64,000 nt of DNA from an uncultured Candidatus Binatia bacterium (GTDB lineage: Bacteria > Desulfobacterota > Binatia > UBA9968 > JAJDTQ01): NCBI GenBank assembly GCA_965215605.1, contig OZ244070.1, positions 288,001-352,000 of the forward strand. Reading direction: 5' to 3'. The notes beneath the pieces are model-generated. The model saw only the letters and a list, made by a program, of their open reading frames with translations. It searched no databases and was not told where the DNA came from. Of the stretch, positions 40,744 through 50,133 are shown in pieces (within the stretch, counting starts at the first letter, position 1; the number at the start of each line of letters is the position of its first letter). Made by a program: the position numbers and the translations under genes.

Positions 40744-41802
40744 ATGAGTGAAGCTGTCAACACCGACGATCCGCGGCTCGCGGAACTGCACCGCATCATG
40801 GCCGAGAACTCCCTCGCGGGCCACTGGCAGCCGCGCCAGCCCGCGCCGGAGCTGCGCCCCCACCTGTGGAGCTGGCCGGTGGTCTATTCCTGCCTGATGG
40901 AGTCCGGCGAGGTGGTGAAGCTCGGGCACATCGACGAAGCCGCCAAGCGCCGCACGGTGCAACTGGTGAATCCGGGGCTTACCGCGTTCAAGTCCACCAC
41001 CCGCACCATCCAGATGTCCGTCCAGCTCGTCAGGCCGGGAGAACGGGCCGAGTGCCACCGGCACACGGCCGCGGCCCTGCGCTTTGTGGTGGAGGGCGAC
41101 GGCAGCGGCTACACCACGGTGGAGGGAGAAGAGATGCACATGGAGCCCGGCGACCTGGTGCTGACGCCGAGCTGGACCTGGCACGACCACTACAACCAGG
41201 GCGAGAACAACATCGTATGGCTGGACGTGCTCGACGTCCATCTCATGAACCACCTGGACGCCAACTTCCACGAGAACTACGGCGAGGGGCCGGCCCAGCC
41301 CGTCACCAAGTCCGAGGGCCACAGCCGCCACCGCATGGGCGCCGTGCGGCCGCTCACCGCCAGTCCGGGCAACCGCGCCCTCCCCTACACCTACAAGTGG
41401 AGCGACACCCTGCCCGTGCTGGAACAACTGGCCGCGTCCGCCGACGGCGACCCCCACGACGGCATCCTCCTGCAGTACGCCAACCCCGTCACCGGCGGCC
41501 CCACCATGCCCACCATCGACTGCCGAGTGCAGTGGCTGCGCCCGGGCGAGGACACCCGCCCCCACCGCCACACCAGCAGCACCATCTACCACGTGATGCA
41601 AGGAGCCGGCAGCACCGTGGCGAGCCGCGACAAGGACAACGGCACCCCCATGGCCTGGACCGAGCAGGACTGCTTCGTGATCCCTTCGTGGCACTGGCAC
41701 CAATTCAAAAACGACTCCCAAACCGAGCCCGCGATCCTGTTCTCCGTCACCGACCGCCCGGTCCTGGAAAGCCTGAACCTCTACAGCGAGGAGGACGCGT
41801 AA
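40744..41802 (+). CDS. Gentisate 1,2-dioxygenase-like bicupin, paralog 3
   Basis: RRTVQLVNPG, HRHTAAALRF, TPSWTWHDH, YANPVTGGPTMPTI, HRHTSS. Confidence 0.9.
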   Translation: MSEAVNTDDPRLAELHRIMAENSLAGHWQPRQPAPELRPHLWSWPVVYSCLMESGEVVKLGHIDEAAKRRTVQLVNPGLTAFKSTTRTIQMSVQLVRPGERAECHRHTAAALRFVVEGDGSGYTTVEGEEMHMEPGDLVLTPSWTWHDHYNQGENNIVWLDVLDVHLMNHLDANFHENYGEGPAQPVTKSEGHSRHRMGAVRPLTASPGNRALPYTYKWSDTLPVLEQLAASADGDPHDGILLQYANPVTGGPTMPTIDCRVQWLRPGEDTRPHRHTSSTIYHVMQGAGSTVASRDKDNGTPMAWTEQDCFVIPSWHWHQFKNDSQTEPAILFSVTDRPVLESLNLYSEEDA

Positions 41803-41820
41803 CGCGAACTGCAACGCGGA

Positions 41821-41960
41821 GAGCCGGGCGGGCGCGTCCCTGAAATCTGTAGACGGCGGGCGGACGTGGCAACGATCCACGACGCCACCCGGGCGAGGCA
41901 GTTCGTCACGAACCCGGCACCCACCGTCTCCGGATTTCAGGGACGCCCCCCGCCCGGCTC
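41821..41960. repeat. 140-bp long inverted-repeat (REP/MITE-like) element
   Basis: GAGCCGGGCGGGCGCGTCCCTGAAATCTGTAGACGGCGGGCG pairs imperfectly with CACCCACCGTCTCCGGATTTCAGGGACGCCCCCCGCCCGGCTC. Confidence 0.85.
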
Positions 41961-42031
41961 GGGAACAAGCGGTACGAGACGAAGTCAACCCATTCGGCCC
42001 CGGACGCCCCCCGCCTGGCTCGGGAACAAGC
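41941..42031. repeat. Two 30-bp direct repeats with a 61-bp period
   Basis: GGACGCCCCCCGCC(C/T)GGCTCGGGAACAAGC at 41941 and 42002, separated by 31 unique bp. Confidence 0.9.
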
Positions 42032-42101
42032 ACCCCGTAAAGCAAACCCATAAGACCAACCACCCCGAAATCCGCCCATGGCAACTCCACGGTAACCCCT
42101 C

Positions 42102-43589
42102 ATGCTTGACGCGATAGCGCAGGCCAGCCTCCAGATCCTCGACCCGGTCCACCTCTTCATGCTGTTCGCCGGGACCTTCCTCGGGCTCATGCTCGGGGTC
42201 ATCCCAGGCATCGGCGGCGTCACCGGACTGGCGCTGCTGCTCCCCTTCACCTTCGACATGGACGCCGTCTCCGCCTTCGCCTTCATCATCGGCATGCTGG
42301 CGGTGACCACCACCTCGGACACCATCCCCTCGGTGCTCTTCGCCGTGCCCGGCACGGTGGGCTCCCAGGCCACCATCATCGACGGCCACGCCATGGCCAA
42401 GCGCGGCGAGGCCGGACGCGCCTTCGGGGCCGCGTTCACCGTATCCGCCATGGGCGGCATCTTCGGCGCCTTGCTGCTCACCCTGTCCATCCCCGTCCTG
42501 AGCCCGCTGGTGCTGACCTTCGGCTCTCCGGAATTCTTCATGATGGTGGTGCTGGGGGTGTGCATGGTGGCGAGCCTCAGCGGCGCGGCGTTGATGAAGG
42601 GCGTGGTGGCGGGAGGCGCGGGCCTGCTCCTCGCCACCGTGGGCACCGACCCCATCCTCAGCGTGGAGCGCTGGACCTTCGACCAGATCTATCTGTGGGA
42701 CGGCTTCCACGTGGTGCCCATCTCCCTGGGCCTGTTCGGCCTGGCCGAGGCCACCGACCTGCTGGTTTCCGGCAAGAGCATCGACGCGGGCGCCCTGGGC
42801 CGGCTCAAGGGCCGCTGGGAAGGTGTCCGGGACGCCTTCCGCCACTGGTGGCTGGTGATCCGCTCCGCCACCCTGGGGGTGTGGATCGGCATCATTCCGG
42901 GGCTCGGCACCCTGGTGGTGGACTGGTTCGCCTACGGCCACGCCCTGCATACCGAGAAGAATCCGGAGAGCTTCGGCACCGGCGACGTCCGCGGCGTCAT
43001 CGCGCCCGAGAGCGCCAACAACGCCAAGGACGGCGGCGGCCTGATCCCGACCCTGGCCTTCGGCATCCCCGGCAGCACCAGCATGGCGCTGTTCCTCGGC
43101 GCCATGGAGATCCAGGGGCTCACGCCGGGGCCCGAAATGCTGAACCAGCACCTCGACGTGATCTTCACCATTGCCTGGAGCCTGGCCCTGGCCAACATCA
43201 TCGGCACCGGCACCTGTTTCCTGTTCACCGACCACCTGGCGCGCCTCGCTACCATCCGCGCCCAGCTCCTGGCCCCGGTGCTGCTGGTGATCATGTTCCT
43301 GGGCGCGTTCATGGCTCGGCGCCACATCGCCGACATCTTCCTGTTCCTCTTCTTCGGACTGCTGGGCTGGACCATGAAGCGCCAGGGATGGCCGCGGCCG
43401 CCGCTTATCATCGGCTTCGTGCTCGGCTCCACCGTGGAGAAGTACCTCTACATCTCGATCCTGACCTACGGCTGGAGCTGGCTGTCGCGCCCCTGGGTCA
43501 TCGTGTTGTTTTTCCTGATCGTCGCTGCGCTGGCCGGTCCGGCCATCCAGCAGTACCGGAACCGGGCCGCCGCGGCCGCGAACCCCTGA
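42102..43589 (+). CDS. tctA: Tripartite tricarboxylate transporter large permease
   Basis: GVIPGIGG, VPGT, FGSPEFF, GVIAPESANNA, GIPGS. Confidence 0.92.
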   Translation: MLDAIAQASLQILDPVHLFMLFAGTFLGLMLGVIPGIGGVTGLALLLPFTFDMDAVSAFAFIIGMLAVTTTSDTIPSVLFAVPGTVGSQATIIDGHAMAKRGEAGRAFGAAFTVSAMGGIFGALLLTLSIPVLSPLVLTFGSPEFFMMVVLGVCMVASLSGAALMKGVVAGGAGLLLATVGTDPILSVERWTFDQIYLWDGFHVVPISLGLFGLAEATDLLVSGKSIDAGALGRLKGRWEGVRDAFRHWWLVIRSATLGVWIGIIPGLGTLVVDWFAYGHALHTEKNPESFGTGDVRGVIAPESANNAKDGGGLIPTLAFGIPGSTSMALFLGAMEIQGLTPGPEMLNQHLDVIFTIAWSLALANIIGTGTCFLFTDHLARLATIRAQLLAPVLLVIMFLGAFMARRHIADIFLFLFFGLLGWTMKRQGWPRPPLIIGFVLGSTVEKYLYISILTYGWSWLSRPWVIVLFFLIVAALAGPAIQQYRNRAAAAANP

Positions 43590-43593
43590 GGTC

Positions 43594-44103
43594 ATGCAAA
43601 AGGCCGTTGCATTGTTGTTCGACGGGTTCTTCCTGGCGCTGCTGGCCGGGGCCGTGGCCACGGCCTGGCAGTGGCCCTTCGCCACCGGGCTCTTTCCGCT
43701 GACCATCGGCATCCCCGTGCTGCTGGTGGCTGCCACGCAGTTCTGCAAGGACGCGTTCCTCAAGGGCGGCGCCAACGAGGTCGAGAGCCATGCGCCGCGC
43801 CAACGCATCCGCGACATCGAGGTGGACCGCTCGGTGCCCGCCCGCCTGGTGGCGCAACGGGCCGGCGCCTTCTACCTGTGCGCCCTGGGCTTTCTGGCCG
43901 CGATCCTGCTCATCGGGTTCAAGCTGTCCGTCCCCCTGTTCCTGGTGTTCTATTTCAGGCGCTTCAGCCGGGCGGGATGGGTCGTGACGGCGATCCTCAC
44001 GGGGCTGTTGACGGGGCTGGTGCTGGGCGTGTTCGACGCCATCCTCTACGTGGTGTGGCCGGACAACCTGCTCGGCTATTTCATCGGCCGATGGACGGCG
44101 TAA
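43594..44103 (+). CDS. tctB: Tripartite tricarboxylate transporter small permease
   Basis: About 5 TM segments, LFPL motif, lies between tctA and tctC. Confidence 0.82.
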   Translation: MQKAVALLFDGFFLALLAGAVATAWQWPFATGLFPLTIGIPVLLVAATQFCKDAFLKGGANEVESHAPRQRIRDIEVDRSVPARLVAQRAGAFYLCALGFLAAILLIGFKLSVPLFLVFYFRRFSRAGWVVTAILTGLLTGLVLGVFDAILYVVWPDNLLGYFIGRWTA

Positions 44104-44236
44104 CGGCAATACGCCATCCGTCGACGTCGCTCCGCCGCGCCGGTCCGTTCGTTGACATGGCGCGCGACGGACGTATAGGAAGGAACGAACCACGACACCC
44201 ATGAAACCACCGACGGTACGGACCAGGAGGGTTCCC

Positions 44237-45226
44237 ATGAAAATACGAATGACCTGCCTGTCGCTGATCTCGGCATGCGTCGCGATCTTCGCGGCCCACG
44301 CGAGCGCGGCGGAAGACGCCGCGAAATTCTACAAGGGCAAGCGCATCACGATGCTGGTGCAGTACTCCCCCGGCGGCACCTTCGACATCCGCGCCCGCTG
44401 GATGGCGCGGCACATGCCCGGCGTCACCGGCGCCAAGGCCATCGTACGAAACCTGCCGGGCGGCGGCGGGGTCGCCGGCTACAACCGGCTGTTCCGGCTC
44501 CCGTCCGACGGCCTGACGCTGCTCACCGCGCATACCAAGCTGGTGGCCTTCGACCTCTTCAAGCAGAAGGGTGTGAAATACGACTTCGACAAGTTTGGTT
44601 ACCTGGGACGGGTAATCCGCACCAACACCGCGTTGCTGGTGCGCAAGGATTTGCCGTCGGACATCGAAGGACTGCGCAAGCTCAAACGTATCCGCATCGG
44701 CGCATCCTCCCCCTTCAACGAGGGAATGATCGCGGAGATGTTCGACCTGCCCATCACCATCGTGCCCGGTTACGGCGGCTCCGCGGAACGCATGGCGGCC
44801 ATCGCCCGCGGAGAGCTGGACGCCACCACCGCGGCGGTGGCCACGGGTCTGAGGTTCAAGGACAGGGTCAACATCGCGTTTGCCTTCGTCAAGGACAAGC
44901 GCGTGCCGGACGTGCCGTCGCTGGCGGAGCTGGACGCCAAGGAGCCGTGGCGCAGCTACGCCCTTTCGTTCTCCGACATCTTCGGTACGGTCGTCACCTC
45001 CCCCGGCGTGTCGGAGGCCAGACGGCAATACCTGAGCGCCTCGCTCAAGAAGATCACAGGGATGGAGAAGGCGCAGCAGGAAGCCGCCAAAATGAAGCTC
45101 GTGGTCCAATGGACCGGTCCGGAAGAGCTCAGGAAGACCCTGAAGCCGTTCCTGGATCTCAATGCCGAGACCACCAAGCAGCTCAAGCACGTCATAGAGC
45201 GCAAGTACGTCGGCAAGCTGCGGTAG
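44237..45226 (+). CDS. tctC: TctC/Bug-family substrate-binding protein
   Basis: Signal peptide, FYKGKRIT, SPGGTFD, NLPGGGG, GYGGS, DVPSLAE; AGGAGG RBS. Confidence 0.88.
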   Translation: MKIRMTCLSLISACVAIFAAHASAAEDAAKFYKGKRITMLVQYSPGGTFDIRARWMARHMPGVTGAKAIVRNLPGGGGVAGYNRLFRLPSDGLTLLTAHTKLVAFDLFKQKGVKYDFDKFGYLGRVIRTNTALLVRKDLPSDIEGLRKLKRIRIGASSPFNEGMIAEMFDLPITIVPGYGGSAERMAAIARGELDATTAAVATGLRFKDRVNIAFAFVKDKRVPDVPSLAELDAKEPWRSYALSFSDIFGTVVTSPGVSEARRQYLSASLKKITGMEKAQQEAAKMKLVVQWTGPEELRKTLKPFLDLNAETTKQLKHVIERKYVGKLR

Positions 45227-45250
45227 GAGCCGGCTGGACGGAGCAGACCC

Positions 45251-46423
45251 ATGGAAATCAAGTTCGGGTTGATCAGCGCGGATTCCCACAGCGGGTTCGA
45301 CCGCGACGCGTTCACCTCGCGCATGTCCGTGGCCAAGTGGGGCGAGCGCATTCCACAGGTGAGGGAAGTGGAGGAGGACGGCCGGAAGGTGGACCGCTGG
45401 TGCGTCTACGGCAAGCCCCGTGGCGACAACGTGGGCAACTGTCCGGCGCTCATGGGCGACCCGTTCCCCACCTACCCGCAACACTGGGAGGACGTGCCGG
45501 CGCTGGGGTATGACCCGGCGCAACGACTCAAGGCGCTGGACGCCGACGGCGTCGACGCCGAGGTGCTGTTTCCCAACCCGCCGGGCGGCACCTTCTTCGA
45601 GTTCGACGACCCGGACTTCGAACTGGACGTCGTGCGGGCCTACAACGACTCCCTGGCGGAGTGGACCACGGTGAGCGACCGCTACTTCCCGGTCACCATC
45701 ATTCCGTTCCTGAGCGACCCGGCGACCATCCGGCGCGAGATCGAACGGGCCACCGCGGCCGGTCACCGGGGAATCAACCTGCAAGGCGAAACGCCCGGTT
45801 CGTTGCCCCACCTCACCGATCCCTACTGGGACCCGGTGTGGGACGCGTGCCAGAGCCTGGAGGTGCCGGTGCACTTCCATGGCTCCTGCGGCGTCATGGC
45901 GGGCCGGTCCACCCGGTTCTGGAGCGGCTACTCCCCGCGGCAGGCCCATTCGGCCATGACCAGCACCTCCGCCACGACGCCGGCCCAGATCATCCCGCAA
46001 CTGGTCTTCGGCGGCATCACCGAGCGCTTCCCGCGGCTCAAGTTCGTATTCGCGGAAGCCGGCATCGGCGGCCTGAACTACATCCTCGCCGCATGCGACC
46101 ACGAGTGGGAGTGCCGCCACCTCTGGACCGAGGGGTTGAGCACCCGTCCCAGCGAGGCCGTGCGGCGGCAGATGTTCACCAACTTCTGGTTCGAGACCGA
46201 GGGCATCAAGCTGCGTCACGACATCGGCATGGACAACCTCATGTGGGAATCGGACTTCCCGCACGTGGCTTCCTTCTACCCTCGTTCGTGGCAAGCGGTG
46301 GAGCACGTGCTGGAAGGGGTCTCCGCGGAAGACCGCCGAAAGCTGCTCTACCAGAACGCCATGCGGGTGTACCGGATGGATGCCGTGGCAACCGAGGCGG
46401 CGCCGATGGAAGCACGGGCATGA
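45251..46423 (+). CDS. Amidohydrolase_2 family protein
   Basis: ISADSH, DADGVDAEVLFP, VHFH, RFPRLK, MWESDFPH. Confidence 0.9.
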   Translation: MEIKFGLISADSHSGFDRDAFTSRMSVAKWGERIPQVREVEEDGRKVDRWCVYGKPRGDNVGNCPALMGDPFPTYPQHWEDVPALGYDPAQRLKALDADGVDAEVLFPNPPGGTFFEFDDPDFELDVVRAYNDSLAEWTTVSDRYFPVTIIPFLSDPATIRREIERATAAGHRGINLQGETPGSLPHLTDPYWDPVWDACQSLEVPVHFHGSCGVMAGRSTRFWSGYSPRQAHSAMTSTSATTPAQIIPQLVFGGITERFPRLKFVFAEAGIGGLNYILAACDHEWECRHLWTEGLSTRPSEAVRRQMFTNFWFETEGIKLRHDIGMDNLMWESDFPHVASFYPRSWQAVEHVLEGVSAEDRRKLLYQNAMRVYRMDAVATEAAPMEARA

Positions 46424-47562
46424 GCGTTGCCCAAGGGTTGGTGAGCGCCGACGACCACGTCCAGGAACCCCCCGACCTGTGGACCGGGCGGCTCTCCCGG
46501 AGCCGCTTCGGCGACCGCATCCCGCATCTCGAATGCGACGCCGACGGCGCCGAGCGCTGGGTGGTGGACGGACAGCCGCTGCTCGGCGGCAAGGTGGCGT
46601 CCGCCGGGGCGCTCTTGCCCGACCGGAACCGGGAGCCCCGGTGCTGGGAAGAAGTGCCCGCCACGGCCTGGTCGCCCGCGGAGCGGTTGAAGGCCATGGA
46701 CGCCGCCGGCATCGCGTTTTCGGTGCTCTTTCCCACCGTCGCCGGCATGGCCGGCGAGGCCTTCGGGCGGCTCGATGACCCGGAGCTCGAGACCGCCTGC
46801 GTACAGGCCTACAACGACTGGCTGCTGGAAGAGTGGGCCGCCGCCAGCCCGCGCTTCATCCCCCAGTGCATCGCGCCCATCTGGCCGCCCGAGGCAGCCG
46901 CCGCGGAGATGCAGCGGGCCGTGGCCAAGGGTCACCGGGGCATCGTCTTCCCGGCCCTGCCCATGCACCTCCGGGACGTGCCCCACGTGAGCGGCCCCGA
47001 ATACGATCCGGTGTGGAGCGCGTGCGAAGAGCTGGGCGTGCCGGTATCGCTGCACGCCGGAGCCTCGCCGCAGTTGCTGTACCCGGCGTTCTCCGGACTC
47101 GCCCCGGCCCTGTCGGAAGCCGTGGACGCGGTGACGCGGCCCATGTCCAGCGTCTACGTGCTCTCGCTCCTGTCCTTCTCGCGGGTGCTGCTGCGCCATC
47201 CGCGCCTGCGGCTGGTGCTGGCGGAGAGCGCCGTGAGCTGGGCCATGCTGTACCTGGAATGGGCCGACCACCAGTTCGAGCACGACGGCCTTGCGCGCGA
47301 AGGCTACGACCTCAAGCCCTCGGAGATGTTTCACCGCCAGTGCTACCTGACCGCGTGGTTCGACCCGATCGCGCCCTTCGTGGGCTACCTGGGCGAAGAC
47401 CACATCCTCTGGTCCACGAACCTGCCCCTGGCTACCTCCACGTGGCCGCGCACGCGGGAAACCGTGGAGCGGTGCTTCAAGGGCGTCAGTGACGGAACCC
47501 GCGAGAAGATCCTGTGGAACAACGCAGCCGGGCTTTACGCCATCGAGCCGGCGGGGACGTAA
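46420..47562 (+). CDS. Amidohydrolase_2 family protein (WSTNLP variant)
   Basis: VSADDHVQEP, AYNDWL, VSLHAG, RHPRLR, ILWSTNLP; ATGA overlap with the upstream paralog. Confidence 0.88.
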   Translation: MSVAQGLVSADDHVQEPPDLWTGRLSRSRFGDRIPHLECDADGAERWVVDGQPLLGGKVASAGALLPDRNREPRCWEEVPATAWSPAERLKAMDAAGIAFSVLFPTVAGMAGEAFGRLDDPELETACVQAYNDWLLEEWAAASPRFIPQCIAPIWPPEAAAAEMQRAVAKGHRGIVFPALPMHLRDVPHVSGPEYDPVWSACEELGVPVSLHAGASPQLLYPAFSGLAPALSEAVDAVTRPMSSVYVLSLLSFSRVLLRHPRLRLVLAESAVSWAMLYLEWADHQFEHDGLAREGYDLKPSEMFHRQCYLTAWFDPIAPFVGYLGEDHILWSTNLPLATSTWPRTRETVERCFKGVSDGTREKILWNNAAGLYAIEPAGT

Positions 47563-47696
47563 CCGGCGTTTCAAACCCCTTCGCGGCTCGCCTCGAGCCA
47601 CTGTCTACACGATTGATGGATGAATCTGATTGTGAGTATAGTGGATTCCACCAACGCAGGATTCGACACAACCAGCTTCAGTCAAGGAGGTGACTC

Positions 47697-48656
47697 ATGT
47701 TGACCCCGAAGGACATCGGCGGAGCCATGGGCATGATGCCCGCTTTCGCCACCGACGACGCCGTGGACATCCAGGCGACCCAGACCATCGCCGTGGACAA
47801 CCTGGCCGCGGGGGTGGACCGGATCATCAAGGACGGCATCGACGTCATCTCCACCACCGGCACCTACGGCGAGTGCTACAACCTGCTCTGGGAAGAGTTC
47901 CAGACCATCACCACGGCGGCCGTGGACACGGTGAAGAAGCGCGTGCCGCTGTTCATCGGCGTCACCAGCCCCAACTCGCGGGAGGTGGTGCGGAAGATGA
48001 ACTTCGTCAAGGACACGGGCGCGGACGGAGTGCTCCTCGGCGTCCCCTACTACGAGACGCTCCCCCTGTCCGATGCCGTCCGTTTCTTCCATGACATCGC
48101 CGACCTGTTCCCGACGCTGAACATCCTGATCTACCACAACCCCGGGAACCACAAGTTCACGCTGCCGGTGGGGGCGTTCAAGGAGCTGGTGAAGAAACCC
48201 TCCATCATCGGCATGAAGGACAGCCACCGCACCACCAGCCAGTTCATGAACATGCAGCGGATCACCCAGGGCAGGATCAGCGTGTTCGTGAACCAGACCC
48301 AGCTCGTCCCCTACTACAGCCTGGGCGCCGCCGGCTGCTGGTCCACCGAGGTCTGGATGGGCCCCTGGCCGGTCCTCCATCTCCGGAACCTGGTGCGGCG
48401 CGGCGAGGACGACAAGGCGGCCGAGGTCATCGCCGACATCATGACCGCCAGCCAGGGCAAGCCCGTCCCCGGCGAGGGCTTCAAGCGGCCCGCCGAGTAC
48501 GCGGACTACTGCAAGGTGGGACCCACGCGCGTTCCGTTCCTCAACTTCCCGGACAACCAGATCGAACGCGCCAAGAAGCGCGCCGCCCACTGGATGGAAA
48601 TGAACGAGCGCTATCGCCCGCTGGTGGAAGCCGAGAACGGCCGCAGCGCCGCCTAG
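47697..48656 (+). CDS. NahE/PhdJ-like hydratase-aldolase (DHDPS family), paralog 1
   Basis: LTPKDIGGAMGMMPAFAT, TGTYGEC.NLLWEE, LLGVPYY, IYHNP..HKF, MGPWP resemble NahE as I recall it. Confidence 0.8.
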   Translation: MLTPKDIGGAMGMMPAFATDDAVDIQATQTIAVDNLAAGVDRIIKDGIDVISTTGTYGECYNLLWEEFQTITTAAVDTVKKRVPLFIGVTSPNSREVVRKMNFVKDTGADGVLLGVPYYETLPLSDAVRFFHDIADLFPTLNILIYHNPGNHKFTLPVGAFKELVKKPSIIGMKDSHRTTSQFMNMQRITQGRISVFVNQTQLVPYYSLGAAGCWSTEVWMGPWPVLHLRNLVRRGEDDKAAEVIADIMTASQGKPVPGEGFKRPAEYADYCKVGPTRVPFLNFPDNQIERAKKRAAHWMEMNERYRPLVEAENGRSAA

Positions 48657-48749
48657 CCGTCCCATGTGTTGCCGGGGGGCGGCTTGGCCGCCGCCCCGGC
48701 AAACCCCCACACCGCCGCAACGAAGCAGGAAGCACGGAGGACCACGAGA

Positions 48750-49952
48750 CTGAAGCCATCCCCAGGCGCATTGGTCCATCGTGGCTTCAGCTTCCTGTGT
48801 GTGGCCATCCTGGCCACGTCCTTCGGTTTCTACATCCAGCGGACCCTGGAGCTGTGGCTCATCTACGAGCTGACGGGCTCCGCCTTCCACCTGGGGCTCA
48901 CCGGACTGGTGCGGGGAATTCCCGTCTTCATCCTCTCGCCGTTCGGCGGCGTCCTCGCCGACCGCATCGACCGCCGCCGGTTCGTGATACTGGTGCAGGC
49001 ATGCAACGGGGCCGTGAACGCCGGGCTGGCGTTCCTGGCGCTGACGGGGCTCCTGGAGGTCTGGCACATCTATGTCTCGGGCTTCATGAACGCGTCGTTG
49101 AACGCCCTCGGCGCGCCCGCCCGCAACGCCATGGTGCCGGGGCTGGTGCCGCGGGAGATGCTGCTCAACGCCCTCTCGTTCACGGCCATGAGCCGGAAGC
49201 TGTCCCAGCTCACGGCGCCGGTCCTGACCGGCTTGCTCATCGTCTGGCTCGGCTCCGGTCCGGCCTATGCCCTCAACGGCGGCGTCTACTTTGCGGCGGC
49301 CTTCCTGGTGGCGGCGATCCACTACGTGTCGGACGTGTCCAGCGTCCGCGAGTCTCCCTTCCGGAGCCTCAAGGACGGCTTCGGGTTCGTCCGCCGGGAG
49401 GCCGTGGTGTGGGTCTTTCTCTCCATGGAACTCGTCACCGTCTACCTCGGGAGCTACCGGGCCTTGCTGCCGATCTTCGTGGCCGGCCTGGGCACCGGCG
49501 CCGAAGGCTTCGGCCTGCTTCTGTCCGCCGCCGCCGGCGGCGCCATCCTAGGCGTCGCCGTGATCATGTCCGTGGGCAACCTCCGCTACAAGGGACTTTG
49601 GACCGCGTTCGTGCTCTTCGCCTATTCCTTCTCCCTGGTGGTGCTGGCGCTGTCGGACTGGTTCTTGCTGGCCATGGCCGCGGTGTTCCTGCTGGGCGTC
49701 TTCGAAGCCGTCCAGATGGTGCTGTGCAACGCCATCGTCCAGATCATCACTCCCGACAGGCTGAGAGGACGGGTCCTGAGCTTCCAGCGGATGATGGGCG
49801 TGGGCGGCACGAGTCTGGGAGAGGCGCAGTCGGGCTTCGTCGCCGCCTTTCTGGGCGCCCCCTTGACCCTGATCGCGGCCGCCGCCGTCTGCTTCGGCGC
49901 CACCCTGGGACTCACGACCTTCAAGAGGGAGGTGCGCAAGGCGGATCTGTGA
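48750..49952 (+). CDS. MFS transporter (MFS_3/EntS-like)
   Basis: WLIYELTGS, GGVLADRIDRRR, PARNAMVP, LRGRVLS; probable CTG start after GGAGG. Confidence 0.85.
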   Translation: MKPSPGALVHRGFSFLCVAILATSFGFYIQRTLELWLIYELTGSAFHLGLTGLVRGIPVFILSPFGGVLADRIDRRRFVILVQACNGAVNAGLAFLALTGLLEVWHIYVSGFMNASLNALGAPARNAMVPGLVPREMLLNALSFTAMSRKLSQLTAPVLTGLLIVWLGSGPAYALNGGVYFAAAFLVAAIHYVSDVSSVRESPFRSLKDGFGFVRREAVVWVFLSMELVTVYLGSYRALLPIFVAGLGTGAEGFGLLLSAAAGGAILGVAVIMSVGNLRYKGLWTAFVLFAYSFSLVVLALSDWFLLAMAAVFLLGVFEAVQMVLCNAIVQIITPDRLRGRVLSFQRMMGVGGTSLGEAQSGFVAAFLGAPLTLIAAAAVCFGATLGLTTFKREVRKADL

Positions 49953-50133
49953 AGTAAACCACGCCGGCTACCCTGCGACCAAGGCCGCCTTGTGGCTGAC
50001 CATCCCGGACAGACGATGGCGCCGCATCGCCTCGCCAATCGTTCTTGTCGCGGCCGCGTTTCCTGTGGCACAGTGCCGGGGAAAGAGCCCTCGGCTACAC
50101 GAACGAACCCTCCTCCGTCGTGAGGAAGGAGAC

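Noticed and set aside
38520-40799. Long antisense ORFs (also 284-1978, 41985-43817, 44081-46306, 55452-57713)
   Set aside because: These are stop-poor mirror frames of real genes, expected at high GC3, and they carry no family motifs.
41941-42031. Calling a bona fide CRISPR array
   Set aside because: Only two clear repeats, no cas genes or leader, and a weak palindrome. Kept as a repeat and a low-confidence finding.
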